A DNA stretch of 63,856 bases, filler included, from Vicugna vicugna (GCA_013265495.1; 79 parts of 77 records of this genome joined end to end with filler, not necessarily neighbours in it); one strand, 5' to 3'; counted from the whole stretch's first letter, positions 12,569-24,923 are shown. Notes: generated by a model from the sequence alone, not told the origin. Program-made: numbers and translations.

Positions 12569-14285
12569 ATATTCCTAGGTGTTAGTGGAGGAAAGTGTTA
12601 ATGCTTACTAAAATGAGAACCTCCTTTGAGCATGAGGACCTTTTCTTTTTGACCCTTTTAACCCAAATACCCAGAAAATTCTTGGCACATAGTCAGCACT
12701 CAAAACATGTTTGATGAGTAAATCAATGCGTGAAGAAGTGAAAACATGATTTTACTGAGTAACTAAAATGTGGACTGGATAGTAAAAGAGAAATATAAAG
12801 CCTATGTTTTTATAGGTTATATTAAATNNNNNNNNNNNNNNNNNNNNNNNNNNNNNNNNNNNNNNNNNNNNTTAATTAATTAANNNNNNNNNNNNNNNNN
12901 NNNNNNNNNNNNNNNNNNNNNNNNNNNTATCTACACGTCCTCCTTACTACTATTTATTGTAGTATAAAATCTAAGTTTAGGACCAAAGCCATTGTTTTGA
13001 ACTCTATGTCTCTGATGAAAACACAGAAATGAATTCTTCACTGCCTCTCCTATGAAACAGTCATTGTCAAATACTTGCACTGCTCTGTAACTACTGACTA
13101 CATGTCTTTCACTATCTTAATAAGACCACATACTCCCAACGTCAGGCACTGTGGTTTGAACCTCAGTCTATATACCATGTACATAACAAGGCCTAGCCCA
13201 GATTTNNNNNNNNNNNNNNNNNNNNNNNNNNNNNNNNNNNNNNNNNNNNNNNNNNNNNNNNNNNNNNNNNNNNNNNNNNNNNNNNNNNNNNNNNNNNNNN
13301 NNNNNNNNNNNNNNNNNNNNNNNNNNNNNNNNNNNNNNNNNNNNNNNNNNNNNNNNNNNNNNNNNNNNNNNNNNNNNNNNNNNNNNNNNNNNNNNNNNNN
13401 NNNNNNNNNNNNNNNNNNNNNNNNNNNNNNNNNNNNNNNNNNNNNNNNNNNNNNNNNNNNNNNNNNNNNNNNNNNNNNNNNNNNNNNNNNNNNNNNNNNN
13501 NNNNNNNNNNNNNNNNNNNNNNNNNNNNNNNNNNNNNNNNNNNNNNNNNNNNNNNNNNNNNNNNNNNNNNNNNNNNNNNNGGATTAAGAAATAATTTTGA
13601 AATTTCTCTTCATTTCCAAGAAAAATGTAGTAGAACTTTAAAAATCTATATATTAATGGCATTTGCATTTATTTATATACAGTTCCTATGTGTTTCTGTC
13701 TAGAAGTAGAAATTACTGGCTTAAATGTGTGTTGGTTTCCACTCTTCATTAGCTAAAATTGAAGTAAATAAGTATTAAAAATAATAACAATTAAAAACTC
13801 AAGGCTCTGAATTTTCTTCCAACTAATTTTATCAGAGCAGCAGTTATATAAGATACAAATCTATATTTATAATTTTCTTGGTAGTACATGAACTTCAGAA
13901 TTCCATGTAATAGAATTTGTAAGCTATCCACCTCTTTGTATGTGTCATGAACATTAAATTATTTATATATTATCTTAGAAGTCACAAGTAAAGTCACAAG
14001 TATTAGTTAACAGATGATTATTGATTTTTTAATGTAAATTTTGTGTACTGCACTGTAAAAATTTGAAATCTACAATCATAGACTATAGAACAAGCAGATA
14101 TACAGAAGACAAGTTAAGCCCACACTGTTTCAAGAGGCTCCTATTTTTAAAATATATTAAATATTTATTTTCACAGATTGATGTGNNNNNNNNNNNNNNN
14201 NNNNNNNNNNNNNNNNNNNNNNNNNNNNNTTAATTAATTAANNNNNNNNNNNNNNNNNNNNNNNNNNNNNNNNNNNNNNNNNNNN

Positions 14286-15171
14286 CCCATGTTCTAAATT
14301 CTGGGTTCTATATTCTGTCTCCATACATTAAATTCTGTGTTCTACTTTCTATATTCTGTATTCATTATTCTGCATTCCGTATTCTACATTCAATATTCTG
14401 TGTTTTACATTCTATATTCTAAACTATATATTCAGTATTCTGTATTATATACTCTAAATTCTGTGTTCTGCATTTCATGTTCTATATTCTGGGTTCTGAA
14501 TTATGTTTTTCATATTCTATATTTTGTGTTCTACATTCTATATTCTTTATTCAATATTATGCATTCCGTATTCTACATACCATATTCTGTGTTCTACATT
14601 ATATATTCTAAATTCGATATTCAGTATTCTGTATTCAATATTCTATATTCTGTGTTCTACTTTCCATGTTCTAAATTCTGGGTTCTCTATTCTATATTCT
14701 ATACTCTATATTTTGTGTTCATCAACTCTATATTTTGTGTTCATCATTCTAATTTCTATATTGTATATTCTGCATTCCGTATTCTATATTCTAAATTCTG
14801 TGTTCTACATTCTATAGTCTAATTCTATATTCAGTATTCTGTATTCTATATTCTAAATTCTGTGTTCTACATTCTATAGTCTAATTCTATATTCAGTATT
14901 CTGTATTCTATATTCTAAATTCTGTGTTCTACATTCTATAGTCTAATTCTATATTCAGTATTCTGTATTCTATATTCTAAATTCTGTGTTCTACATTCTA
15001 TAGTCTAATTCTATATTCAGTATTCTGTATTCTATATTCTAAATTCTGTGTTCTACATTCTATAGTCTAATTCTATATTCAGTATTCTGTATTCTATATT
15101 CTAAATTCTGTGTTTTGCCTTCCATGTTCTAAATTCTGGGTTATGTATTCTTTTTTCCATATTCTATATTC
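14286..15171 (+). repeat. Satellite E (heptamer ATATTCT-like) with a perfect 62-bp higher-order array
   Basis: 7-bp periodicity (ATATTCT/AAATTCT/GTGTTCT/ACATTCT/GTATTCT); ~14780-15113 holds about 5.4 identical 62-bp units. Confidence 0.95.
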
Positions 15172-15271
15172 NNNNNNNNNNNNNNNNNNNNNNNNNNNNN
15201 NNNNNNNNNNNNNNNTTAATTAATTAANNNNNNNNNNNNNNNNNNNNNNNNNNNNNNNNNNNNNNNNNNNN

Positions 15272-16444
15272 ATTACTAATCATTCATTCTCTATAAAAGT
15301 AATATTTTCATCTAGAAACGTGTACACGTTTTCACAAGCTTACCTAACACCAAGTTCGAATTCATGCATTTTTCACAGAAAAAGTGTTCTCGAGCGATTT
15401 CCACCTAACAGATGTGTAATTTACATGAATTCCAACAACATGGNNNNNNNNNNNNNNNNNNNNNNNNNNNNNNNNNNNNNNNNNNNNNNNNNNNNNNNNN
15501 NNNNNNNNNNNNNNNNNNNNNNNNNNNNNNNNNNNNNNNNNNNNNNNNNNNNNNNNNNNNNNNNNNNNNNNNNNNNNNNNNNNNNNNNNNNNNNNNNNNN
15601 NNNNNNNNNNNNNNNNNNNNNNNNNNNNNNNNNNNNNNNNNNNNNNNNNNNNNNNNNNNNNNNNNNNNNNNNNNNNNNNNNNNNNNNNNNNNNNNNNNNN
15701 NNNNNNNNNNNNNNNNNNNNNNNNNNNNNNNNNNNNNNNNNNNNNNNNNNNNNNNNNNNNNNNNNNNNNNNNNNNNNNNNNNNNNNNNNNNNNNNNNNNN
15801 NNNNNNNNNNNNNNNNNNNNNNNNNNNNNNNNNNNNNNNNNNNNNNNNNNNNNNNNNNNNNNNNNNNNNNNNNNNNNNNNNNNNNNNNNNNNNNNNNNNN
15901 NNNNNNNNNNNNNNNNNNNNNNNNNNNNNNNNNNNNNNNNNNNNNNNNNNNNNNNNNNNNNNNNNNNNNNNNNNNNNNNNNNNNNNNNNNNNNNNNNNNN
16001 NNNNNNNNNNNNNNNNNNNNNNNNNNNNNNNNNNNNNNNNNNNNNNNNNNNNNNNNNNNNNNNNNNNNNNNNNNNNNNNNNNNNNNNNNNNNNNNNNNNN
16101 NNNNNNNNNNNNNNNNNNNNNNNNNNNNNNNNNNNNNNNNNNNNNNNNNNNNNNNNNNNNNNNNNNNNNNNNNNNNNNNNNNNNNNNNNNNNNNNNNNNN
16201 NNNNNNNNNNNNNNNNNNNNNNNNNNNNNNNNNNNNNNNNNNNNNNNNNNNNNNNNNNNNNNNNNNNNNNNNNNNNNNACCTTTCATCCTCCGAACAAGG
16301 CGAATATAAACTTAGACATATTTACTCTGACTTCATAGGCTTTTCTTATCACCAGGTTCTAAAATCGGACACTTGGCTCCAGAAAACACTCTTTGAACAA
16401 ATTCTCACCTATACACGTGTAATTTACATTGTTTACATAACCAT
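15272..16444 (-). repeat. Satellite B
   Basis: B motifs on both sides of an internal gap. Confidence 0.92.
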
Positions 16445-16544
16445 NNNNNNNNNNNNNNNNNNNNNNNNNNNNNNNNNNNNNNNNNNNNTTAATTAATTAA
16501 NNNNNNNNNNNNNNNNNNNNNNNNNNNNNNNNNNNNNNNNNNNN

Positions 16545-18438
16545 GCGTGGAGTTTTCTCTCGAGCTCCCCCACGCACTGACAATGTTTATGAATCCTGAG
16601 CGAAGGGAGGATCCACCAACGGTCGGCAGCACGTGGGTTCTAACGGAATGCCTAAGCTCGACTCCCCTGAGGGTTTTACTAATTTCTCTGTGCCACGGAA
16701 TGCTAGGGGTGATTGCAGGATATCTCAGTGTCAGAGGCTGCCTCCCCAAGGTCAGGGAAGTTATTTCTCGGACTTCCCCGAACANNNNNNNNNNNNNNNN
16801 NNNNNNNNNNNNNNNNNNNNNNNNNNNNNNCTAGGGGTGAGGATATCCCAGTGACCGAGGCTGCCTCCCCAAGGTCAGGGAAGGTATTTCCCGTACTTCC
16901 CCGAACAGGGAACACCTGTGACTGAAGAGAGCTGCGTGGAGTTGTCTCTCCTCTCGNNNNNNNNNNNNNNNNNNNNNNNNNNNNNNNNNNNNNNNNNNNN
17001 NNNNNNNNNNNNNNNNNNNNNNNNNNNNNNNNNNNNNNNNNNNNNNNNNNNNNNNNNNNNNNNNNNNNNNNNNNNNNNNNNNNNNNNNNNNNNNNNNNNN
17101 NNNNNNNNNNNNNNNNNNNNNNNNNNNNNNNNNNNNNNNNNNNNNNNNNNNNNNNNNNNNNNNNNNNNNNNNNNNNNNNNNNNNNNNNNNNNNNNNNNNN
17201 NNNNNNNNNNNNNNNNNNNNNNNNNNNNNNNNNNNNNNNNNNNNNNNNNNNNNNNNNNNNNNNNNNNNNNNNNNNNNNNNNNNNNNNNNNNNNNNNNNNN
17301 NNNNNNNNNNNNNNNNNNNNNNNNNNNNNNNNNNNNNNNNNNNNNNNNNNNNNNNNNNNNNNNNNNNNNNNNNNNNNNNNNNNNNNNNNNNNNNNNNNNN
17401 NNNNNNNNNNNNNNNNNNNNNNNNNNNNNNNNNNNNNNNNNNNNNNNNNNNNNNNNNNNNNNNNNNNNNNNNNNNNNNNNNNNNNNNNNNNNNNNNNNNN
17501 NNNNNNNNNNNNNNNNNNNNNNNNNNNNNNNNNNNNNNNNNNNNNNNNNNNNNNNNNNNNNNNNNNNNNNNNNNNNNNNNNNNNNNNNNNNNNNNNNNNN
17601 NNNNNNNNNNNNNNNNNNNNNNNNNNNNNNNNNNNNNNNNNNNNNNNNNNNNNNNNNNNNNNNNNNNNNNNNNNNNNNNNNNNNNNNNNNNNNNNNNNNN
17701 NNNNNNNNNNNNNNNNNNNNNNNNNNNNNNNNNNNNNNNNNNNNNNNNNNNNNNNNNNNNNNNNNNNNNNNNNNNNNNNNNNNNNNNNNNNNNNNNNNNN
17801 NNNNNNNNNNNNNNNNNNNNNNNNNNNNNNNNNNNNNNNNNNNNGAGCTCCCCCACGCCCTGACAATATTTCCGGAATCCTGAGCGTGGGGAGGTTCCAC
17901 CAACGGTCGGCAGCGCGTGGGTTCTAACGGAATGCCTAAGCTCGTCTCCCCTGAGGGTTTTCCAAATGTCACTCTGCCAGGGAGTGCCAGGGGGGTTGCA
18001 GGATATCCTAGTGACAGAGGTTGCCTCCCCAAGTTCAGAGAAAATATTTATCGGACTTCCCCGAACAGGGAACACCTGTGACTGAAGAGAGCTGAGTGGA
18101 GTTGTCTCTCGAGCTCCCCCACGCACTTACAGTGTTTCCAGAATCCTGAGCGTGGGGAGGTTCCACCAACGGTCGGTAGAGCGTGGGTTCTAACGGAATG
18201 CCTAACTCTTCTCCCCTGAGGATTTTCCTAATATCTCTGTGACAGGCAATGATAGGGGGGTTTGCAGGATATCCCAGGGACAGAGGCTGCCTCCCCAATG
18301 TAAGGGAATTTATTTCTCGGACTTCCCCGTACAGAGAACACCTGTGAATGAATAGAGCTGCGTGGAGTTGTCTCTCGAGCTCCACCAAGCACTGACAATT
18401 GTTCCGTAATCCTGAGCGTGGGGAGGTTCCAACAACGG
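16545..18438 (-). repeat. Satellite A
   Basis: Several tandem monomers; GAGCTCCCCCACGC at 17845 and 18111. Confidence 0.95.
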
Positions 18439-18538
18439 NNNNNNNNNNNNNNNNNNNNNNNNNNNNNNNNNNNNNNNNNNNNTTAATTAATTAANNNNNN
18501 NNNNNNNNNNNNNNNNNNNNNNNNNNNNNNNNNNNNNN

Positions 18539-19312
18539 CCTCAAACTGACAGCAGCACCTGGATTCAATTAGTATCCCTTAGCCTCTGTTCCATGAGTGT
18601 CCTTTTACGCCCGCCATAAGGGAAAGCTGTTGGTTGGGGTTGGAGGCCACGTAGCAGTGAGTGCCCCCTGATCCATTGAGGAACTACTTAGAGGACTTCT
18701 CCCTAAACGGAGCACCTTTTCCTCCAGTCAAGTGGGTGGAGTGGGGCTGCTCATCTCTCCCACACCTAAGAATGTGTTCTGGAATTCTGAATGCAGGGAA
18801 GTTCCTCCAACTGACAGCAGCGCCTGGGTTCTAATTGAATCCCTTTGCTTGTCTTCCCAGATGGAAAGCCTAGGCGGGAGTGCGGGGGACAGTGTGGTTT
18901 GGGCTCCGAAACCAAGTATTTGCGATGACCTCTCTATGGTTTGTGGAGGTGTTTAAACTNNNNNNNNNNNNNNNNNNNNNNNNNNNNNNNNNNNNNNNNN
19001 NNNNNNNNNNNNNNNNNNNNNNNNNNNNNNNNNNNNNNNNNNNNNNNNNNNNNNNNNNNNNNNNNNNNNNNNNNNNNNNNNNNNNNNNNNNNNNNNNNNN
19101 NNNNNNNNNNNNNNNNNNNNNNNNNNNNNNNNNNNNNNNNNNNNNNNNNNNNNNNNNNNNNNNNNNNNNNNNNNNNNNNNNNNNNNNNNNNNNNNNNNNN
19201 NNNNNNNNNNNNNNNNNNNNNNNNNNNNCAAAAACCCACAACATGGGAATACCTCTGCTCCTTGAAAAAAGCACGGACTCTGTATCCCCACCACCAGAAC
19301 ACACATGAAGAA
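18539..19312 (-). repeat. Satellite C (diverged ~266-bp relative of A)
   Basis: GTTCCTCCAACTGACAGCAGCGCCTGGGTTCTAAT core homologous to A's GTTCCACCAACGGTCGGCAGCGCGTGGGTTCTAAC; strand given relative to A. Confidence 0.88.
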
Positions 19313-20384
19313 NNNNNNNNNNNNNNNNNNNNNNNNNNNNNNNNNNNNNNNNNNNNTTAATTAATTAANNNNNNNNNNNNNNNNNNNNNNNNNNNNNNNN
19401 NNNNNNNNNNNNAATAATTCTATTGTCTCCAGACAAGATCCTTTTCCTCAAAACTGTTCAGCTCTGAGACACACTTCAGGAATAGAGATACATGCAGTGT
19501 TCTTCATTTCCCATGCTGTTCCAACACAAATTTCCACTTATATGAAAGTAAATTAAAATTGGTCTTCAATAGCAGATGCTCTGGCATGATACAATAATGT
19601 CAATTCCACTTATTTATTGAGCCAGAGCAGCTTTAGAATAAATGATTTTATACCAAACTTCTTCTTGATGTCCTGTCTTCTCCCTGGTGGCTAATTCCTT
19701 CTTCTTTCTTCCTAAAAGTTCTCCTGTTATGGGAAGTTAGCCTTTACTGTTCACATTCAATTGGGAAGGCACAAATTAAATATGTGAGGGGATGACATGN
19801 NNNNNNNNNNNNNNNNNNNNNNNNNNNNNNNNNNNNNNNNNNNNNNNNNNNNNNNNNNNNNNNNNNNNNNNNNNNNNNNNNNNNNNNNNNNNNNNNNNNN
19901 NNNNNNNNNNNNNNNNNNNNNNNNNNNNNNNNNNNNNNNNNNNNNNNNNNNNNNNNNNNNNNNNNNNNNNNNNNNNNNNNNNNNNNNNNNNNNNNNNNNN
20001 NNNNNNNNNNNNNNNNNNNNNNNNNNNNNNNNNNNNNNNNNNNNNNNNNNNNNNNNNNNNNNNNNNNNNNNNNNNNAGCAAATTCAGGGAGATGAGGAAA
20101 ATGTGCCTAATACAATCAAACTATGACACCTGGGTAATGGGTCATAGGAGTCAATTGAATTTTCTGGTTTGCTGAAGGTCAAACAAGAACACTTTAATTT
20201 CAAACGTCATTGATAAAAATTTCCTTAAAGCACAGGAGCCTGTTTTTCTGCCTTGCTTAGTTTCATATGGCATATTAAACATGANNNNNNNNNNNNNNNN
20301 NNNNNNNNNNNNNNNNNNNNNNNNNNNNTTAATTAATTAANNNNNNNNNNNNNNNNNNNNNNNNNNNNNNNNNNNNNNNNNNNN

Positions 20385-21096
20385 ATGGTTATGTAAACAA
20401 TGTAAATTACATGTGTATTGGTAAGAATCTGCTCAAAGAGAGTTTTCTACTGCCAAATGTCCGATTTTATTACCTGGTGACAGAAAAAACCTATGAAGTC
20501 AGAGTAAATATTTCTAAGTGTATATATGCCTTGTTTGGTGGATGAAAGGTCAGTAATCCACATGCTGAGATCTCAGAAACCCATGTTTGCCGAATCCATC
20601 ATGCATGTANNNNNNNNNNNNNNNNNNNNNNNNNNNNNNNNNNNNNNNNNNNNNNNNNNNNNNNNNNNNNNNNNNNNNNNNNNNNNNNNNNNNNNNNNNN
20701 NNNNNNNNNNNNNNNNNNNNNNNNNNNNNNNNNNNNNNNNNNNNNNNNNNNNNNNNNNNNNNNNNNNNNNNNNNNNNNNNNNTACACGTGTCTAGATGAA
20801 AATATTCCTTTTACAGAGGAAGAAAGATCACAAATCCACATGCTCTCAACTCAAGAATGCATGTTTGTCGACTCCGTTATGCATGTAGCATGTACGGAAT
20901 ACGGATTATAATTTTGATGGAATCCATTCAAATTAAATATCTCTAGGGTAAAATTCGTTCCAAGAGGTTTTTTCTGGGATCAAATTGTGATTCTTGAACC
21001 TAGTGATAGGAAGATTCTACGAAGACTAAGTAAATATTTCAAAGTGCATATGTAACTTGTTATGGTTGAAACATCTGTCATGCGCATGTTCACAAC
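20385..21096 (+). repeat. Satellite B
   Basis: Collinear with the B consensus. Confidence 0.94.
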
Positions 21097-21196
21097 NNNN
21101 NNNNNNNNNNNNNNNNNNNNNNNNNNNNNNNNNNNNNNNNTTAATTAATTAANNNNNNNNNNNNNNNNNNNNNNNNNNNNNNNNNNNNNNNNNNNN

Positions 21197-21580
21197 ACCT
21201 CTTACCAAAGTAGGATTAAGGAAATATATCTCAACATATCTGAAGTCATTACTCACAAACCCACATACAATATAATATACTAAAGTGAATAACTGAAAGC
21301 CAAATTAAGGAATACGACAAGGATACCCACTCTCACCAATTCTATTAAACACAGTATGGGATATCCTAGCCACAGCAATTGGAATAGAAAAAAATTTATT
21401 CATGTTGGATTGAATGAAGTAAATCTGTTATTATTTTAGATGACATAATAATCTATATAGAGAACCCTAAAGATTCTCCACACCAGAACAACTAAAACTA
21501 ATAAAGACATTTAACAAAGTTGCATGATTCATGACTAATATACAAAAACTGTCACATTTCTTTACACTAACAATGAAATA
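21197..21580 (+). mobile_element. LINE-1 ORF2 (reverse transcriptase region) fragment, decayed
   Basis: Contains GACAAGGATACCCACTCTCACC (RQGCPLSP-like) and GATGACATAATAATCTATATAGAGAACCCTAAAGA (DD-MIxYxENPK-like), with stops and indels. Confidence 0.88.
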
Positions 21581-21885
21581 AAATTTAAAAATTTAAAAAA
21601 ATATAATAATTTATAAAATAATTTATAATTTAAAAAATTTATATGAAATATAATTTCATAATTTAAAAANNNNNNNNNNNNNNNNNNNNNNNNNNNNNNN
21701 NNNNNNNNNNNNNTTAATTAATTAANNNNNNNNNNNNNNNNNNNNNNNNNNNNNNNNNNNNNNNNNNNNAAAAAAAAAAAACATTAATTACCCCCCACCA
21801 AAAGATAAGTGTAAAAATTTTTTTTAAAAAATTAGAATTAAAAAAATGAAAAACTAGGTAACCCAGGGGGAATTGTGCTCTAGAC

Positions 21886-22139
21886 CAGGGGTTGGCCAAC
21901 TTTTTCTATGAAGGGCCAGAGAGTAAATATTTTAGGTTTTGCCAGCCATCTTAGAGTCACTGTTACAACTACTCAAGTCTACTTTTTTAAAAAATTGAAG
22001 TATAGTCACAACAAACAATAAGAAAGATACCATAGATAATCTGTGAAGCAATGAGAGTAGCCTTGTGCCAATAAAACTTTATTTATAAGCCTGGGTGGCA
22101 GGCCATGTCCAGACTGCTGGCTGTAGTTTGCTGACCCCA
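21886..22139. mobile_element. MER58-like hAT-Charlie DNA transposon
   Basis: Imperfect TIRs CAGGGGTTGGCCAAC ... GTTTGCTGACCCC; internal AAGGGCCAGA.AGTAAATATTTTAGG and CCAATAAAACTTTATTTA. Confidence 0.85.
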
Positions 22140-22207
22140 CACTATAAAGAATGCGTAGTTTTCCACGGAAGCACAAATGTTCTCCAAAAGATGCAAAAAT
22201 AAGATTC

Positions 22208-22545
22208 TCTTATGAGTTGAATTGCATCTCTTTCAAAATTCCTGTATTGTAGCCCTAAGACCCAGTCTCTCAGAATGGGCTGTATTTGGATATAGAGTCT
22301 TTGAAGAGGTGCTTTAAAAAATGAGGCCATTAGGGAGGGCCCTAGTCCAACATGACTGGTGTCCTTATAAGATAAGGAGATTTGGGCTCTAGACCCACGG
22401 AGAGGACCAAGTGACCACCTCGGGAGGAGACAGCTATCTACAGGCCAAGGAGAGAAATCTCAGAAGAAATTGTGGAAAAATAAATGTCTGTTGTGTAAGC
22501 CCCCAGTGTGCAGTGCTTTGGTATCGGCAGCTGAAACCAACTACC
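22208..22545 (+). mobile_element. MLT1-type MaLR solo LTR (internally deleted)
   Basis: TATGAGTTGAATTG.., GTATTTGGA.ATAG.GTCTTT, ATGACTGGTGTCCTTATAAGA, AATAAATGTCTGTTG..TAAGCC.CCCAGT. Confidence 0.85.
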
Positions 22546-22659
22546 ACTGAAGTCTTTCCNNNNNNNNNNNNNNNNNNNNNNNNNNNNNNNNNNNNNNNNN
22601 NNNTTAATTAATTAANNNNNNNNNNNNNNNNNNNNNNNNNNNNNNNNNNNNNNNNNNNN

Positions 22660-23223
22660 CTGCGCCGCCGGTAGCTCCGCTGCTCTGTGAGGCTGCGCGC
22701 TCTGTGCCGGCGCTCCGCCCTGGTCGCGCTCCGCGGGTGCGCTCGGGGAAGACCCAGGGGCAGCCTCGTCCCTGCTCCTAGCGAAGACCCAGATGCTTGT
22801 TTGTCTTTGTGGATCAAGTTCTCTGGGGTACCAGAATGGAAGGGTCCTATCTGCCCAGGGCTGTAGGCCCGTCTCAGTCTGGCCCTTGAGGCTGCTAAGC
22901 CCTTCGGTGCGGACGCAGGTTTCGTCTCTGCCCCCGCCTGGGTGTTAAGCGCCGGAGAATATGGCGGCTCTGCCTGGGNNNNNNNNNNNNNNNNNNNNNN
23001 NNNNNNNNNNNNNNNNNNNNNNNNNNNNNNNNNNNNNNNNNNNNNNNNNNNNNNNNNNNNNNAGAGCACATCTGCTGTTTTATGGAGGGCCCAGGTTGTT
23101 CTGTCCTGTACACCCATAGCCCCGGCACTCAGCCCCTTGCAGTCCCCCGGAGTTTCCTCAGTGCAGCCGCCCCCGTCCCCCGCCCAGATTATGCAGCCTG
23201 GCCCTGCCCGCTGCTGCCGGCCC
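22660..23223 (-). mobile_element. CpG-rich segment, probably an L1 5'UTR (antisense) or a CpG-island fragment
   Basis: Very high GC and CpG density with no credible ORF. Resemblance to an L1 promoter region is an impression only. Confidence 0.4.
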
Positions 23224-23323
23224 NNNNNNNNNNNNNNNNNNNNNNNNNNNNNNNNNNNNNNNNNNNNTTAATTAATTAANNNNNNNNNNNNNNNNNNNNN
23301 NNNNNNNNNNNNNNNNNNNNNNN

Positions 23324-23783
23324 GTGGGTAGTGGAGGGTAATAAACTACTTCCCCAACCTTGGAACACTTGTGCCCCTTAAAGATGCGTGGAATCTATTT
23401 CCCCATCTCCAGCACACACACGGAGACGTGCTCAGGTATCCTGATTGTGGGGAGGCTCCTCCAAATGACAGCAGCGCCTGGGCTCTAATAGAATCCCTTA
23501 GCTTGCCTTCCCTGATGGCATGCCTAGGCTGGAGAGTGGGGGAAAGTGGGGGTTGGGCTCTAAGCCAAATATTAGCGTGAGCCTATCCATGGGAACATGG
23601 GATGTTTTAAACTACAACCCACAACCATGGAATAAATGTGCCCCCTGAAAGATGCTTTGACTGTTTCCCTACATCCAGCACACACGCGAAAAAGTTTTCT
23701 GTTATTCTGAGGGTGGGGAGGTTCCTCAAACTGACAGAAGCACCTGGGTTCTTTTAGTATCCCTTAGCTTCTGTTCCCTGAGT
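23324..23783 (-). repeat. Satellite C
   Basis: CTGA..GTGGGGAGG at 23441 and 23707 (266 bp). Confidence 0.9.
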
Positions 23784-24264
23784 NNNNNNNNNNNNNNNNN
23801 NNNNNNNNNNNNNNNNNNNNNNNNNNNTTAATTAATTAANNNNNNNNNNNNNNNNNNNNNNNNNNNNNNNNNNNNNNNNNNNNCTTAAAACAGCACTGAG
23901 CACAATGGAGAGAGTCAGTAAGTGCTTTCGGTCTTAAATCAAAAGTGATGACTCAGTTATTCCATGGCTGCTGCATTTGCTAAGCTAGTTACTCCTTTGC
24001 TCCATTACACATATTTTTTTTAACTGAAAAATAAATACAAGCAAATGGTTAAAAAAAATCAGAGTACAAAAATACACAAGTGAAAAAAGTTTTCCCTCAC
24101 CCTCTGTTCTTTCAGCCCTCTCTGGAGATGCCACTGTTTACTGTCCTTTGGATGCTTTTCCAGATATACTTTGCACATTCCCACCTATGTATGTAAATTC
24201 CTTTAACGTTTTACTTATTTTTAACTTAAAGGGATTTAAATCCTCAAGTGTCTTCTGCCCGGAT

Positions 24265-24590
24265 AATAGAACAGAACAAATCTGACTCCATATTAGATCT
24301 GTTCCTTTGACTTTAACACTGTGCTCTCTCTCCTGGGCTTCATCTTACTTGTAAAACAATGTTGCTTAGAGCCTAAAATATACAGGAGAGCCTATTCTGA
24401 AGGCTCTGACCTTTAAGGATATTTAACACTTTTTCATTCATTAAAAGATAACAAACAAATTGCAGAATAGAAAATAACGTTTGTTTTGTTGGAGGTTTAC
24501 AGGGATCTGACCCAGGCAGAGAGCTGCAAGAACAAAAGAATCTAAAAAAAGTAATTCCTACACCAAGAAGTTTGCAACAACCAAGCATGT
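24265..24590 (+). mobile_element. MER41-like ERV1 LTR fragment
   Basis: ATAGAACAGAACAAATCTGACTCCATATT ... GGCTCTGACCTTTAAGG ... CACCAAGAAGTTTGCAACAACCAA matches recalled cetartiodactyl MER41-type LTRs. Confidence 0.75.
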
Positions 24591-24923
24591 AGGAAAGNNN
24601 NNNNNNNNNNNNNNNNNNNNNNNNNNNNNNNNNNNNNNNNNTTAATTAATTAANNNNNNNNNNNNNNNNNNNNNNNNNNNNNNNNNNNNNNNNNNNNAGA
24701 AAAAGACCAAAGTAATGCTATGCTTGTTGTACAACAGGTGTAATGAAAGATTTGATTAATTGAATTATGAGCCTGGCTCTATTGCTAACTATTACATAAC
24801 CACAGTGTAATCACATTGTCACTCTGGTCACAACTTCATCATTCAGTCTGTGTTTGATTCTCATAAGAATGATTTTAATTTATGGGAAAACCCTAAGAGT
24901 AATATGTACAACAAAAATTTCTT

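Noticed and set aside
14337..14822. Hydrophobic Y/I/L/F/S-rich ORFs resembling membrane proteins (also 51857, 55447, 59562)
   Set aside because: They are translations of the heptamer satellite.
15320..18126. Long ORFs (290-430 aa) in the ORF track
   Set aside because: They consist mostly of X from N gaps bridging satellite sequence.
21580..21669. AT-only quasi-palindromic tract
   Set aside because: Low-complexity sequence at a contig end next to a decayed L1; no specific structure is supportable.
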